From NCBI GenBank assembly GCA_963674745.2, contig CAXXDV010000003.1:768001-832000 (forward strand): a stretch of DNA of 64,000 nucleotides. Reading direction: 5' to 3'. Positions within the stretch are counted from its first letter, which is position 1; every line of letters starts with the position of its first letter. The notes beneath the pieces are model-generated. The model was given only the letters and a program-made list of their open reading frames with translations. It was not told where the DNA came from and made no database searches. Positions 19,274 to 29,712 of this stretch are shown one piece after another. The translations under genes and the position numbers were made by a program. The DNA comes from Desulfosudaceae bacterium (GTDB lineage: Bacteria; Desulfobacterota; Desulfobacteria; Desulfobacterales; Desulfosudaceae).

Positions 19274-20104
19274 TCAGATATAAGGTGTACTCTGCCGATC
19301 CCTGCCGGGAGGTTCCGTTTCCGGATGTTCCGCAAGATCATCGTGGTCTTCTTCTTCAGCGGAATGCCGACGAAGGGTGCTGACCGGTCCGGATATTATA
19401 TACAAAAGCCCCAGTGTGAACAGGGTCACCATCGGTTCCAGGACGATGAAAACCAGCAGCAGAACGGCAATGACCAGCAGGTTAAAATTTTTCGCATGGA
19501 CCAGGATCGGCGGCAGTTTTTTAAAACTGACATATTTAATGGCGCTGACCATCAAAAACGAAAGAACATAAAGGCCGAACAACATCACATAAATTAAAAA
19601 TGACTCCGGCGCTTTCAGGCCGATTCTGGAGAACAGCAAAATAGTTGTCGCCACCATTCCGGCCGCGGCCGGAATGGGCAGGCCGGTGAACCACCTGTTG
19701 TCCGTGGTGCCCGCGGTTGTGTTGAACCGGGCCAGTCGCAGGGCGCCGCAGGCAAGAAAGATCAGGGCCGCAATCCAGCCCAGCTTCCCCAGCGGTTTTA
19801 AAGCCCATAGATACATCATTAACCCCGGTGCCAACCCGAAGGAGATAAGATCCGCCAGGGAATCGTATTCCACACCAAAACGGCTGGTCGTGCGGGTGGC
19901 CCTGGCCACCTTTCCATCAAGAACGTCAAAAACCATGCTGGCCAGGATTAACAGTGCGCTTTTGGTAAAGGCACCTTCAATGGCCGCGATGATTGCAGTA
20001 AAGCCGCAAAACAGGTTCATGGTGGTGAAAATGTTCGGAAGGATATAGATCCCCTTATGCCAGCGGTCTTTTTCAGCGTGTTCCGTTTTTCTTTTTCTTT
20101 TCAT
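19274..20104 (-). CDS. pssA: CDP-diacylglycerol--serine O-phosphatidyltransferase
   Basis: LPNIFT, DVLDGKVAR...FGVEYDSLADLISFG, LRLARFN; overlaps psd. Confidence 0.93.
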   Translation of the reverse strand: MKRKRKTEHAEKDRWHKGIYILPNIFTTMNLFCGFTAIIAAIEGAFTKSALLILASMVFDVLDGKVARATRTTSRFGVEYDSLADLISFGLAPGLMMYLWALKPLGKLGWIAALIFLACGALRLARFNTTAGTTDNRWFTGLPIPAAAGMVATTILLFSRIGLKAPESFLIYVMLFGLYVLSFLMVSAIKYVSFKKLPPILVHAKNFNLLVIAVLLLVFIVLEPMVTLFTLGLLYIISGPVSTLRRHSAEEEDHDDLAEHPETEPPGRDRQSTPYI

Positions 20105-20772
20105 AGTAATGTCCCCAAAACAGAGGTTCCTGCCTGAACTTTGTCACCCAGGGTGACGCGCAGCTTTGTGTCGGCCGGCAGGTATACGTCAAGTCGTGAA
20201 CCGAAGCAGATCATGCCGAATCGTTGTCCCCGGATAACTGTTTCATCACCGGACAGGTGGCAGATGATCCGGCGGGCGACCAGGCCTGCTATCTGGACAA
20301 AACATATCCGCTGATTGTTTTCCGTCCGCAGAAAAATCTTGTTGTGTTCATTTTCGGCCGATGCCTTGTCAAGGTTGGCGGAAAAGAATTTTCCCGGATG
20401 ATAATCGATTCCGGTTATGTTGCCGTCGCAGGGCACACGGTTGACATGTACATTGAATATGGACATAAAAATACTGACTTTTAAGCAGGGTTCCTTTCCC
20501 AGCGGGCTGTCTGAAACAGGCGCCATGGCAACGACTTTTCCGTCCGCCGGTGATACTACCAGTCCGTTGCCGTCAGGGATTACACGGTCGGGGTCCCTGA
20601 AAAAACAGCAGGTAAAAACGGTCATGATGAGCGCAATAACCGTTAGAAAGGTCAGCCCGATTAATGCCAGCACAGCCGTTATGAAGGCAAAGGCGAAAAT
20701 GAACGGGTATCCCGCTTTGGCAATCGGAAATGCGGTTCCGCTCTGTGGATCAGCCCAGTTGTATTTTTCCAT
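20101..20772 (-). CDS. psd: Phosphatidylserine decarboxylase (short type)
   Basis: FFRDPDR, SPADG, NVHVNRVP, QIAGLVARRI, FGSRLD self-cleavage motif. Confidence 0.93.
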   Translation of the reverse strand: MEKYNWADPQSGTAFPIAKAGYPFIFAFAFITAVLALIGLTFLTVIALIMTVFTCCFFRDPDRVIPDGNGLVVSPADGKVVAMAPVSDSPLGKEPCLKVSIFMSIFNVHVNRVPCDGNITGIDYHPGKFFSANLDKASAENEHNKIFLRTENNQRICFVQIAGLVARRIICHLSGDETVIRGQRFGMICFGSRLDVYLPADTKLRVTLGDKVQAGTSVLGTLL

Positions 20773-20819
20773 AAGTATTTTAATCTCAAGGGATTATTTA
20801 AGTGTCCCAAATCCGACAA

Positions 20820-20848
20820 TTTATAGTTCTTATCAGCATTAATGTCAA
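20820..20848 (-). promoter_or_regulatory. Putative sigma70 promoter for the psd-pssA-leuB-asd run
   Basis: Minus strand TTGACA-N17-TATAAA upstream of psd. Confidence 0.45.
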
Positions 20849-21011
20849 TCTTTTTTCAGCCCTGAAATTGAAAATTTAAATTAAAATCGACTTTTTACGG
20901 TGATCCGATCCGGCCTACGTACTTGTGGCAGGGAGAACATTCGAGCAAGATGCCGGCAAAGGGACTGAAGTGATTGTTGAACGGAAGATCGGGGCCTTGA
21001 TTGAACGCCAT

Positions 21012-21419
21012 TTACCTGCGGCCGGCGGATTCCTCACGGTTAGCGGCGGCGTCCTCTATTAAGTCGTAAAATTCCCTCATAATTTTACTTTCATTTCCTT
21101 CGTTGTATCCGACCACGCTGCGAAGATGAATAAAAGACTCAACATCTATTTCTTTGAACAGGATGGCCAGGCCGTTTTGATCACAGCGCACGACGCTGCC
21201 CTTCATATTGAGGGTCAAAGAGGAAGAACTGCCGGACAGATAGATGGTGATCGTCAGCTCGGTGTTTTCCGGAACCGTCGTGTCTATATCGACCAGCATG
21301 CCTTTTAAACTGAGATTGCGCACTTCTCCGCGAATCGTCTCATCACCGTAGGACAGTTCTGCATTAACATTAAACCTGACGCGGGTGCCGCGCCTTTTAT
21401 TCTGTGCGTCTTGTGTCAT
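21012..21419 (-). CDS. PilZ domain protein (c-di-GMP binding)
   Basis: RRGTR (RxxxR) and NLSLKG (D/NxSxxG). Confidence 0.85.
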   Translation of the reverse strand: MTQDAQNKRRGTRVRFNVNAELSYGDETIRGEVRNLSLKGMLVDIDTTVPENTELTITIYLSGSSSSLTLNMKGSVVRCDQNGLAILFKEIDVESFIHLRSVVGYNEGNESKIMREFYDLIEDAAANREESAGRR

Positions 21420-21561
21420 GAATGTATTATTTTTCTCAGTTGATTGTGTTACCCTTCTATTTTGTTACCACAATATGGTTTTGCCTTCAAGCAAATACGT
21501 AAATTTCATTTGTTGATGATTTATTTGCAAGCCGCCGATTGATGGTGTAGGCTTTGCAATT

Positions 21562-22419
21562 ATGAAAACGTATATTGACTGTATTCCGTGCCTTGTCCAG
21601 CAATCGCTCAGCGCGGTTCGGCTGGCCCGGGCGGACGAAGTGGTCCAGGAGCGTGCTCTTAGGGAAATTCTTATTAAAATCAGTAATATGGATATGCATT
21701 CATCTCCGCCGGAGATGGGCGCTGAAATACATCGTCTGATCAGACAGCAGACCGGTCAGAATGATCCCTACCTGGATTTAAAGCATCAGTATAACTGTTT
21801 CGCGATGGACGCATACCCCCGTTTGAAGCGGATCATATCCGATTCCCCCAGTCCGTTGGAAACGGCGGTCAGGTTGGCCATAGCCGGTAACATTATCGAT
21901 TTCGGCGCCAATTTGAATATTAATCAAACGGTTGTTGACCAAACCATTGAGCAGTCCCTTACGGAACCTTTATTCGGTGATATAGACGAATTTTCCAGGG
22001 CTGTATCAGGAGCCGATAATATTTTATATCTTGCTGACAACACCGGAGAAATCGTTTTTGATCGCCTTTTGATTGAAGCACTCGGGCCTGATCGGATAAC
22101 ATTGGCTGTCAGAGGCGGACCGGTCATTAATGACGCCACCATGGATGACGCCCGGTTTTGTGGATTGACCGATCTGGTTAACGTTATCGATAATGGAACC
22201 GATATACCGGGAACTGTTCTGAATGCCTGTTCGCAGGCATTTGTGCGGGCCTTTGCTGATGCGGATCTGGTCGTTGCCAAAGGGCAGGGCAATTATGAAA
22301 CCCTTTCGGAAACAACCGATCATTCAAATATATTTTTTCTGTTTAAGACAAAGTGTCCGGTTGCCGCCCGTGATATCGGTTGTGAAGTGGGCCGGCTGGT
22401 GGCTAAAAAGAAAGCCTGA
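21562..22419 (+). CDS. DUF89/ARMT1-like damage-control phosphatase
   Basis: CIPC, DPY, IAGNIID, DNTGEIVFD, INDAT, KGQGNYE, KC. Confidence 0.88.
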   Translation: MKTYIDCIPCLVQQSLSAVRLARADEVVQERALREILIKISNMDMHSSPPEMGAEIHRLIRQQTGQNDPYLDLKHQYNCFAMDAYPRLKRIISDSPSPLETAVRLAIAGNIIDFGANLNINQTVVDQTIEQSLTEPLFGDIDEFSRAVSGADNILYLADNTGEIVFDRLLIEALGPDRITLAVRGGPVINDATMDDARFCGLTDLVNVIDNGTDIPGTVLNACSQAFVRAFADADLVVAKGQGNYETLSETTDHSNIFFLFKTKCPVAARDIGCEVGRLVAKKKA

Positions 22420-22500
22420 ACCCTTGACACTTCACACCTTGAATCCTGTAAACTAATTGAACAAAAAGACGCATCGATAATCAGGTCCAAAGGAAAAACG

Positions 22501-22938
22501 ATGAACGAGCAAACAACCGTTACAATGACACCCATTGGCTTTCTGCACACGGACGCCCGTGAGATACCCAGGCACTGGTCTTTGTCTCAGGTAAGGGGAA
22601 CAATTGTTCTTGACACAACCTATGTTGACGGTCTGGTAGATATCAAGCCGGGACAGAAAATCGTGGTACTGTTCTGGTTCCACAAGAGTCCTGATTTTTC
22701 GGCCCGATTTCTTCGCCAGACACCACCACACCGCGATCAAGCGCTGGGTGTCTTTTCAATTTGTTCTCCCAAAAGGCCCAATCCCATCGGCTTGTCTGTG
22801 TTGACCGTATGCGATATACATGGGGGGACAATTAATGTCGAAGGCGTTGATATGCTGGACGGTACTCCCATTCTAGATATAAAACCATATATCACCGGAA
22901 AAGAAGATTGCCCCAGTTACGGAGAGTGTACCTCATAA
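22501..22938 (+). CDS. trmO: tRNA t6A37 N6-methyltransferase TrmO/TsaA
   Basis: GVFS..SPKRPNPIGLS, DMLDGTPILDIKPY. Confidence 0.85.
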   Translation: MNEQTTVTMTPIGFLHTDAREIPRHWSLSQVRGTIVLDTTYVDGLVDIKPGQKIVVLFWFHKSPDFSARFLRQTPPHRDQALGVFSICSPKRPNPIGLSVLTVCDIHGGTINVEGVDMLDGTPILDIKPYITGKEDCPSYGECTS

Positions 22939-22994
22939 AATACCCATAGAGGCCATAGCGATAAATGATATCCAGATATTTAGGTGGAAAATCA

Positions 22995-25283
22995 ATGAAG
23001 TGGATTTTGCCGGTTGTTTTGATCGCGACGGTTTTATTTTTTGCTGTCTCAGGATGCGGCCCGGACCAGGATCGTCCCGATACCCTTTTGAAAAATGCTG
23101 CAGCGCTTTATGACAAAAAAGATTACCATCGAGCCGCTGACAGTTACCGCCAGGTGATTGCAGACTATCCTGACTCCATAGAAGCCTGGACAGGACTGGC
23201 CAGGACCAGAATTCAACGCGGCGATATCAAAGGGGCATCCGAAGCCTATCAGCGCATTGTTGACATTCAACCCGACCATGTCGAGGCATTGTTAAAGCTT
23301 GCCAGGTTTGACCTGCTGGCAGGCAACCTGACGTCCGCGGAACAGAAAACAGATGATGTCCTGAGGAAAAATCCTGATAACACAGAAGCGTTGTTTCTGC
23401 TGACAGATCTGTATTCCGAAACGAACCGTCTTGACAAGGCCAGAGCGACGCTTGAACGGATACTGCCGCTGGTTTCTGACAAGACGGACACGCTGACCGG
23501 TCTTGCCCGTATCCAGGCCAGGGCAGGTGACCTGACCGCCGCGCTGAAGAGTCTTGAAAAGGCCGTTACTTTAGCGCCGAACGCCCTGGAGCCGAGACTG
23601 CTGCTGTTTAATTATTTTTATGGGCAGGGCGATTTTCCAAATGCCGAGAATACCCTTTTGCAAGCCATAGAGGCTAATCCGGGAAATGCCACGCTTCAGA
23701 TGCTGCTGGGGCAATATTATTTAAATCAGCATCAGCCGGCCGAAGCGGAATCGGCTTTTTTGGAAGCCGTCAGGCTGGAACCTGACCAGGCCAGGGCTTA
23801 CCTGATTGCCGGTAATTTCTACAGTTCGAATCAAAATCCGGAAGCCGCCTTGAAAATGTTTCAAAAGGCCGGCCGTTTGAATCCTCAGGATGTCAAAATT
23901 GCCATCCTCCTGGCTGAGTTTTACCTGGAAAACAATTCTCTGGAACTTGCCAGTCAGGCCATCACTCAAATCCAAAATGAGCATCCCGGATATTTTCCGG
24001 CTCGTTTGCTGGAAATAAAACTATTGCTGGCTCAAAAAAAATATGAGCAGGCCATTTTACTGAGTGACACGTATCTTAAAAGTAATCCTGCGGCAGACCA
24101 GCTCCTTGTATTGAAAGGCGTGGCGCACGTTCGCAAAGGGGAACTTGAACAGGCGGAAGAAGTACTGTCAGAGGCAGTCAAAACAGCCCCGGCCAATATT
24201 AATGCCAAGTTCAGGCTGCTTGACGTTTATCTGAAACAGGGAAAAATTGAACAGGCCCAGCAGTTAAATCGGAATATCTTCAGCTACCTGCATGAGAACT
24301 TCGATGTGGCGGTTGTCCTGGGTGATACTGAACTGAACAAGGAAAAAACGCAAAAAGGACTGGATTCTCTGGATTCATTTTCCCGGTTCGCATCCGCCAA
24401 TCCTTTTGACCGGTTCAGACCGGAACATCTGGAAAAATTGCGGTCTGAATATGCCCGGTTAATGGGAGAATTCAACCGGATTCTTGAAAAGCGACCGGGC
24501 CTGATCGGTGTTTTTGAAAATGTTATTCTGCTTCATGCCGCCAGAAAAGAGTATGATATTGCCCTGGCCAAATGTGATCAGCAGATAAAACGGTTGAAAG
24601 ACACGCCATATCTGGCGGCGGAAATTTATAACATCAAGGCCGGGTTATACCTGGCACAGAACAATATCGGCCAGGCGGAAACATCGTTCAAGCAGGCCAT
24701 AAACCTGGCACCGGATTTCCTGAAACCTTATTACGGATTGGCCAAAGTTTATATTATCAACAAAGATATTAAAAACGCCATTACCCAGTATGAAGCCCTG
24801 GTCGGTAGAGCCCCGGAACAAGCACAAGCGGTTCCCTATCTTCTTCTGGGGGCCCTGAGTAAAATGCAGAGGGATTTTCAGGCGGCGGAAGATTATTACC
24901 GCAAGGCACTGGCCATAGATGGCGACTTTGTCCCGGCCGCCAACAACCTGGCCTATCTTCTGGCAGAACAGAAAAAAAACCTGGATGAAGCTTTAACGCT
25001 CGTGCTTCATGCCAGAAAGCTCAAGCCGGATGACCCCTATATCCTGGATACGCTGGGCTGGATCTATTATCAAAAAGGGGCCTATGATGATGCCGTGCGG
25101 GAACTGAACCGGGCGTTGGCCCTGATGCCTGAAATCGCGACGGTAAACTACCATCTGGGTATGGCATATTATAAAAAGGGGAATGATATTCAGGCCAGGC
25201 AGCATCTGGAAAAGGTCCTGCAACTGGAAAGTGACTTCAACGAGGCGGACAAGATCAGGAATACGCTGAAAAAAATATACTAA
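22995..25283 (+). CDS. TPR-repeat lipoprotein (PrsT-like)
   Basis: Lipobox VSGC after a hydrophobic stretch; many TPRs; NNLAYLL and DTLGWIYY. Confidence 0.8.
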   Translation: MKWILPVVLIATVLFFAVSGCGPDQDRPDTLLKNAAALYDKKDYHRAADSYRQVIADYPDSIEAWTGLARTRIQRGDIKGASEAYQRIVDIQPDHVEALLKLARFDLLAGNLTSAEQKTDDVLRKNPDNTEALFLLTDLYSETNRLDKARATLERILPLVSDKTDTLTGLARIQARAGDLTAALKSLEKAVTLAPNALEPRLLLFNYFYGQGDFPNAENTLLQAIEANPGNATLQMLLGQYYLNQHQPAEAESAFLEAVRLEPDQARAYLIAGNFYSSNQNPEAALKMFQKAGRLNPQDVKIAILLAEFYLENNSLELASQAITQIQNEHPGYFPARLLEIKLLLAQKKYEQAILLSDTYLKSNPAADQLLVLKGVAHVRKGELEQAEEVLSEAVKTAPANINAKFRLLDVYLKQGKIEQAQQLNRNIFSYLHENFDVAVVLGDTELNKEKTQKGLDSLDSFSRFASANPFDRFRPEHLEKLRSEYARLMGEFNRILEKRPGLIGVFENVILLHAARKEYDIALAKCDQQIKRLKDTPYLAAEIYNIKAGLYLAQNNIGQAETSFKQAINLAPDFLKPYYGLAKVYIINKDIKNAITQYEALVGRAPEQAQAVPYLLLGALSKMQRDFQAAEDYYRKALAIDGDFVPAANNLAYLLAEQKKNLDEALTLVLHARKLKPDDPYILDTLGWIYYQKGAYDDAVRELNRALALMPEIATVNYHLGMAYYKKGNDIQARQHLEKVLQLESDFNEADKIRNTLKKIY

Positions 25284-25303
25284 TTGAGAATCAGACGACA
25301 GGC

Positions 25304-26449
25304 ATGAAGTATTTTCCATTAAAAATATTATTGCTGCTGCTCATCATGACGGTGACGGCCCATTTTGTTACGGTCAACCTGCTGGAAAAATATCTGGCGC
25401 ATACCTATACCCGTGACATTGAGAATATTTATATCGGGAATACAAAACCGTTGTTCGAGGGGCAACTTCCTTTAAGTGAGGCCATCAGCAACAATATTGA
25501 CGCTTTTTTCCAGGAAAAGTCGCTGATATTGAGCGGCGCAAGCGTGGATGCGCGTGTCGTCTCCGGTAATAATACCTGGGTTTACCCTTCTCCCCTGGAC
25601 CTTAACACCGAAAGGCTATCACCACCGTCGGCGGCGGAAATCGCCGCTGAGAATTACCGGCTGATGAACCGTGGCATGTCCGTGTCGGTTAAAATCATCC
25701 TGGGTTGGAATTCGTTTCCGGTAGTCATTATTTTTATTGTTTATGTTTTTTGCGCGGCGGGTGTGTTTGTCTTTTTTTATCTGGCCGGAGCTCGCAAGGC
25801 AAAACGGGAAGCCGAAAAAAAAGAGCGGGAAATCCGTCGTTTGCGGGAGCTTGAAAAACATCATCAGGGCCTTGCGGAGGAACTGAATAAGGAAAAAGAA
25901 CTGCTGGAGCAGGATATTGAGGAAACTAAAAAATCACTTCTGGAATATAAGGTAAGTGCTGACAAGAATGAAGAGGCCATGATTGATGAAATTATTTCCC
26001 TGGAGGAAAAAATTCAGAAAAACATGGAACTGGCCGAAACCCTGCGTGAACAGAACCAGGCTTTGCAGGATATCACCCAGCGTTTTGAAAAGGAAAAACA
26101 ACGCGGCGCCAAAAAATCTTCTGTTTACGGCAATATCGAGAAGCGGTTTAAAACACTTTACAAAAACGTACTGTTTCATAAGCGTTTTTTTGACGGGTTT
26201 ATCGATCTTGTGGACGACATGAAAATAAAGGCCGAAGAGGTCGTCCGGCAGTTGAACGATGACTTTGGCGGTGTAAAAATCAAGCGCAAGGTCGAACTCC
26301 AGAAGAGCCGGGAAAAGATATTTGAGATCATTTTTGCTTATAACGGCCGATTGTATTTTCGCAACACCAAAGATGGCAAAGTCGAGATACTGGTTGTCGG
26401 CACAAAAAATACACAGGTGAAGGATCTGGGTTTTCTGGATACATTATAA
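25304..26449 (+). CDS. Two-TM coiled-coil protein with possible C-terminal RelE-like domain
   Basis: N-terminal TM, periplasmic loop, second TM, E/K-rich heptads, then a ~95-aa alpha/beta domain. Confidence 0.7.
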   Translation: MKYFPLKILLLLLIMTVTAHFVTVNLLEKYLAHTYTRDIENIYIGNTKPLFEGQLPLSEAISNNIDAFFQEKSLILSGASVDARVVSGNNTWVYPSPLDLNTERLSPPSAAEIAAENYRLMNRGMSVSVKIILGWNSFPVVIIFIVYVFCAAGVFVFFYLAGARKAKREAEKKEREIRRLRELEKHHQGLAEELNKEKELLEQDIEETKKSLLEYKVSADKNEEAMIDEIISLEEKIQKNMELAETLREQNQALQDITQRFEKEKQRGAKKSSVYGNIEKRFKTLYKNVLFHKRFFDGFIDLVDDMKIKAEEVVRQLNDDFGGVKIKRKVELQKSREKIFEIIFAYNGRLYFRNTKDGKVEILVVGTKNTQVKDLGFLDTL

Positions 26450-26477
26450 GTTTAGACTTTTTACGAGTGTATCATAT

Positions 26478-27647
26478 ATGAACACGAAGAATTCAAAACG
26501 GATGATATCCGAACGGGCGCAGCAGATATCGCCCTTTCTGGTGATGGATATACTCGAACGGGCCAGCGTAATGGAGAATGAGGGGGTTGACGTCATCCAC
26601 CTTGAGGTGGGCGAACCGGACTTCCCTGTCCCGCCGTCAGTTAAAGATGCCACGATTGAAGCACTTCAGGGGGATTTTACCTGCTATACACACAGTCTGG
26701 GAGACATCAGGCTGAGGAAAGCGATCTGCCGACATTATGGCGACAGGTACGGCGTTGCCGTGTCCCCTGACAGGGTAATGGTCACTGCCGGCACCTCACC
26801 GGCCATGCTGCTGATTTTTGCGGCCCTTCTGGAGCCGGGTGATGAGGTCCTTCTGTCCGACCCCCATTACGCCTGTTATCCCAATTTTGTCCGGTTTTCC
26901 GGCGGAAATCCCGTTATGGTGAAAGTCTTTGAAGAAGACGGATTCCAGTTGTCCCCAAAGGCCGTTGAACATGCTTTAACTGCCGCGACCCGGGCCATTA
27001 TCATAAATTCCCCGGCCAATCCGACCGGTGCGGTATTATCCGAACAGCGAATGAATGAGATAGCTGACCTGCCGGCGTATATTATTTCAGATGAAGTATA
27101 TCACGGCCTGGTTTACGAGGGAGAAGAACATTCCATTCTTGAATTTACTGATAACGCCTTTGTGCTGAACGGATTCTCCAAGTGTTATGCCATGACCGGC
27201 CTGCGCCTGGGGTATGTTATCATGCCGGAGGCTTTTGTCAGGACAGTCCAGGTGCTGCACCAGAATTTTATGATATCCGCCAATTCACTGGCCCAGCAGG
27301 CAGGTATCGCGGCCCTGGAAAAAGCGGCAGGAGATGTCGCCGGAATGCGGGAAACCTACGACAGGCGCCGTCGCTATATGATAAAACGCCTGAAAGATAT
27401 GGGTTTCGGGCTGGCGGTGGAACCGACCGGTGCTTTTTATGTGTTTGTAAATGCCGCTCATATTGAGAATGACTCACTCCGTCTGGCATTTGATATTCTC
27501 GAGAAAGCCCATGTGGGTGTCACCCCGGGCATTGATTTCGGTAGTAACGGTGAAGGCTACCTGCGGTTTTCTTACGCTAATTCAATGGAAAATATAACCA
27601 GAGGCCTTGATCGGGTGGAACGCTATCTGGCGCAGAAAAAGGATTGA
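26478..27647 (+). CDS. Class I/II PLP-dependent aminotransferase
   Basis: VGEPDF, NSPANPTG, SDEVY, GFSKCYAMTGLRLGY. Confidence 0.92.
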   Translation: MNTKNSKRMISERAQQISPFLVMDILERASVMENEGVDVIHLEVGEPDFPVPPSVKDATIEALQGDFTCYTHSLGDIRLRKAICRHYGDRYGVAVSPDRVMVTAGTSPAMLLIFAALLEPGDEVLLSDPHYACYPNFVRFSGGNPVMVKVFEEDGFQLSPKAVEHALTAATRAIIINSPANPTGAVLSEQRMNEIADLPAYIISDEVYHGLVYEGEEHSILEFTDNAFVLNGFSKCYAMTGLRLGYVIMPEAFVRTVQVLHQNFMISANSLAQQAGIAALEKAAGDVAGMRETYDRRRRYMIKRLKDMGFGLAVEPTGAFYVFVNAAHIENDSLRLAFDILEKAHVGVTPGIDFGSNGEGYLRFSYANSMENITRGLDRVERYLAQKKD

Positions 27648-27653
27648 CTTGAT

Positions 27654-29084
27654 ATGGAAAGCGTCATGCCGGAAGACAGCCCGGTGAGAATTAAAAAAGG
27701 CGAATGTGTCACGCTGGATGTCGAGTCTCTGGCTTTCGGCGGGCGCGGGGTGGCAAGGATAAACGGCCTGGCCGTTTTTATAGACGGTGCTGTTCCTCAG
27801 GACAGGGTTGTGGCCAGGATCGTAAAAAAGAAAAAACGGTTTGCCGAAGCCCGTCTGATGGACGTGATAAGGCCTTCCCCTTTTCGCATGGCCCCCCGAT
27901 GCCGTTATAGCGGTTTCTGCGGGGGATGCCGCCTTCAAATTCTCGCTTACGACAAGCAGCTTGAATACAAAAGACAGCACGTCGTTGATTCTCTGGCTCA
28001 CATTGCCCTGATGCCGGACATTACCGTTCATCCGGTTATGCCGGCGCAACCGGTTTTTGAATATCGCAATAAGATGGAATTCTCCTGTTCAGATCGGCGG
28101 TGGCTGCTGCCCCAGGAAATGGGACAAGATGATATTGAAGCCGGCTTTGCCCTGGGATTGCATGTGCCCGGCACGTTTAATAAAATTCTGGACATTGAAC
28201 AATGCCTGCTTTTTCCGGATTATGGTAATCAGCTTCTGTCCGAAGCGCGGAATTATATCCGGCAATCACCGCAGCCGGTGTATGGATTGCGGTCCCATAC
28301 CGGTTTCTGGCGTTTTGTCATGCTGCGGCACACGGTGGCCCTGGACCAATGGATGGTCAACATTATTACCGCGTTTGAAGATCGTGAAGCGGTTCAGCCC
28401 CTGGCGGACAAGATTGCGGAAAAGTATTCCCGGGTTGTCTCGGTGATCAATAATATCAATACCCGGAAAGCCGCCATCGCAGTCGGGGAACGGGAAATAT
28501 TACTTTACGGTGATGCCGTTATTGAAGACCGGTTGGGTGATTTTTGTTTTGATATTTCGGCCAACTCTTTTTTTCAGACCAACACCCGTGGCGCGGAAAA
28601 GTTGTACCGGATGGTCGAATCTTACGCCGGGTTGACCGGAACGGAAACGGTGATCGATCTTTATTGCGGAACCGGAACCATCGCTATCTGGCTGGCCGGA
28701 AAAGCCCGGCATGTGGTCGGCCTGGAAATAAACGATGCCTGTGTCGCCGATGCCGAGCGGAACCGCGAAAAAAACAATGTGCGGAACGTCGAATTCATCA
28801 CCGGCGATATTAGGGACACCTTTTCCCGGCTCGATCGGCGGGCCGATGTCATGATTATTGATCCCCCCCGGGCGGGCATGCACCAGGATGTCGTAAAACA
28901 GGTGCTGGACATGGCCCCGCCGAAAATCGTCTATGTCTCCTGCAATCCCGCCACCCTTGCCCGGGATATCGGCCTGTTAAAGGAAAAATACAACGTAGCT
29001 GAAGTACAGCCGGTGGACATGTTTCCCCATACCCCGCATATCGAATGTGTCGCCAGGCTGATACGGAGAGATATAGATGAATGA
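27654..29084 (+). CDS. rlmD: 23S rRNA (uracil-1939-C5) methyltransferase
   Basis: TRAM domain, C..CGGC, YRNKMEF, FFQTN, DLYCGTG, DPPRAG, YVSCNPATLARD. Confidence 0.92.
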   Translation: MESVMPEDSPVRIKKGECVTLDVESLAFGGRGVARINGLAVFIDGAVPQDRVVARIVKKKKRFAEARLMDVIRPSPFRMAPRCRYSGFCGGCRLQILAYDKQLEYKRQHVVDSLAHIALMPDITVHPVMPAQPVFEYRNKMEFSCSDRRWLLPQEMGQDDIEAGFALGLHVPGTFNKILDIEQCLLFPDYGNQLLSEARNYIRQSPQPVYGLRSHTGFWRFVMLRHTVALDQWMVNIITAFEDREAVQPLADKIAEKYSRVVSVINNINTRKAAIAVGEREILLYGDAVIEDRLGDFCFDISANSFFQTNTRGAEKLYRMVESYAGLTGTETVIDLYCGTGTIAIWLAGKARHVVGLEINDACVADAERNREKNNVRNVEFITGDIRDTFSRLDRRADVMIIDPPRAGMHQDVVKQVLDMAPPKIVYVSCNPATLARDIGLLKEKYNVAEVQPVDMFPHTPHIECVARLIRRDIDE

Positions 29085-29712
29085 AACACATATTAACGGA
29101 TCGTTGATTCTGGCCTCCAAGTCTCCCCGGCGAAAATATTTACTGGAACAGGCCGGCCTGGACTTTTCGGTGGTTGTCAGCCGGGTCAGCGAATCCGCCA
29201 TACCATGGTCTGATCCGGAGACCTATACCCGTGAGTTAGCCTTGGCCAAGGCCCGGGAAGTAGCCGGGCGGTTCCCGGATAGCTGGGTCATTGGGGCGGA
29301 CACCATTGTCATGGCAGGTGACGATCTGCTGGAGAAACCGGAATCCAGGGATGACGCCCGGCGGATGCTGACTCGCTTGAGCGGTGCCGTGCATCAGGTT
29401 TTTACGGGCTTTTCCGTGATGCATAAGGATAAGGTTCATGTTCATGCCGAAACCATACGGTCGGATGTCCGTTTTAAACCCTTGTCAACCGGGGAAATCG
29501 AATGGTATGTTCATACCGACGAGCCTTATGACAAGGCCGGCGCCTATGCCATTCAGGGGCTGGGTTCGTTTCTGGTTCAATCGGTCAACGGTTCGTATAC
29601 AAATGTAGTGGGGCTGCCGGTCTGCGAGGTAATGGATTATCTTTTACATCATAATATTGTTCAGCGGAAAGTGGTAGCGGATAACCAGGGGCCGGGGAGG
29701 GACGGTGTCTGA
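29077..29712 (+). CDS. maf: Maf family NTP pyrophosphatase
   Basis: LILASKSPRR, GADT, DKAGAYAIQG, NVVGLP. Confidence 0.93.
   Translation: MNETHINGSLILASKSPRRKYLLEQAGLDFSVVVSRVSESAIPWSDPETYTRELALAKAREVAGRFPDSWVIGADTIVMAGDDLLEKPESRDDARRMLTRLSGAVHQVFTGFSVMHKDKVHVHAETIRSDVRFKPLSTGEIEWYVHTDEPYDKAGAYAIQGLGSFLVQSVNGSYTNVVGLPVCEVMDYLLHHNIVQRKVVADNQGPGRDGV

Noticed and set aside
20773..21011. Possible c-di-GMP riboswitch or small RNA near the PilZ gene (GGCAAAGGGAC)
   Set aside because: Lacks the GAAA tetraloop/receptor arrangement and lies downstream of the PilZ gene
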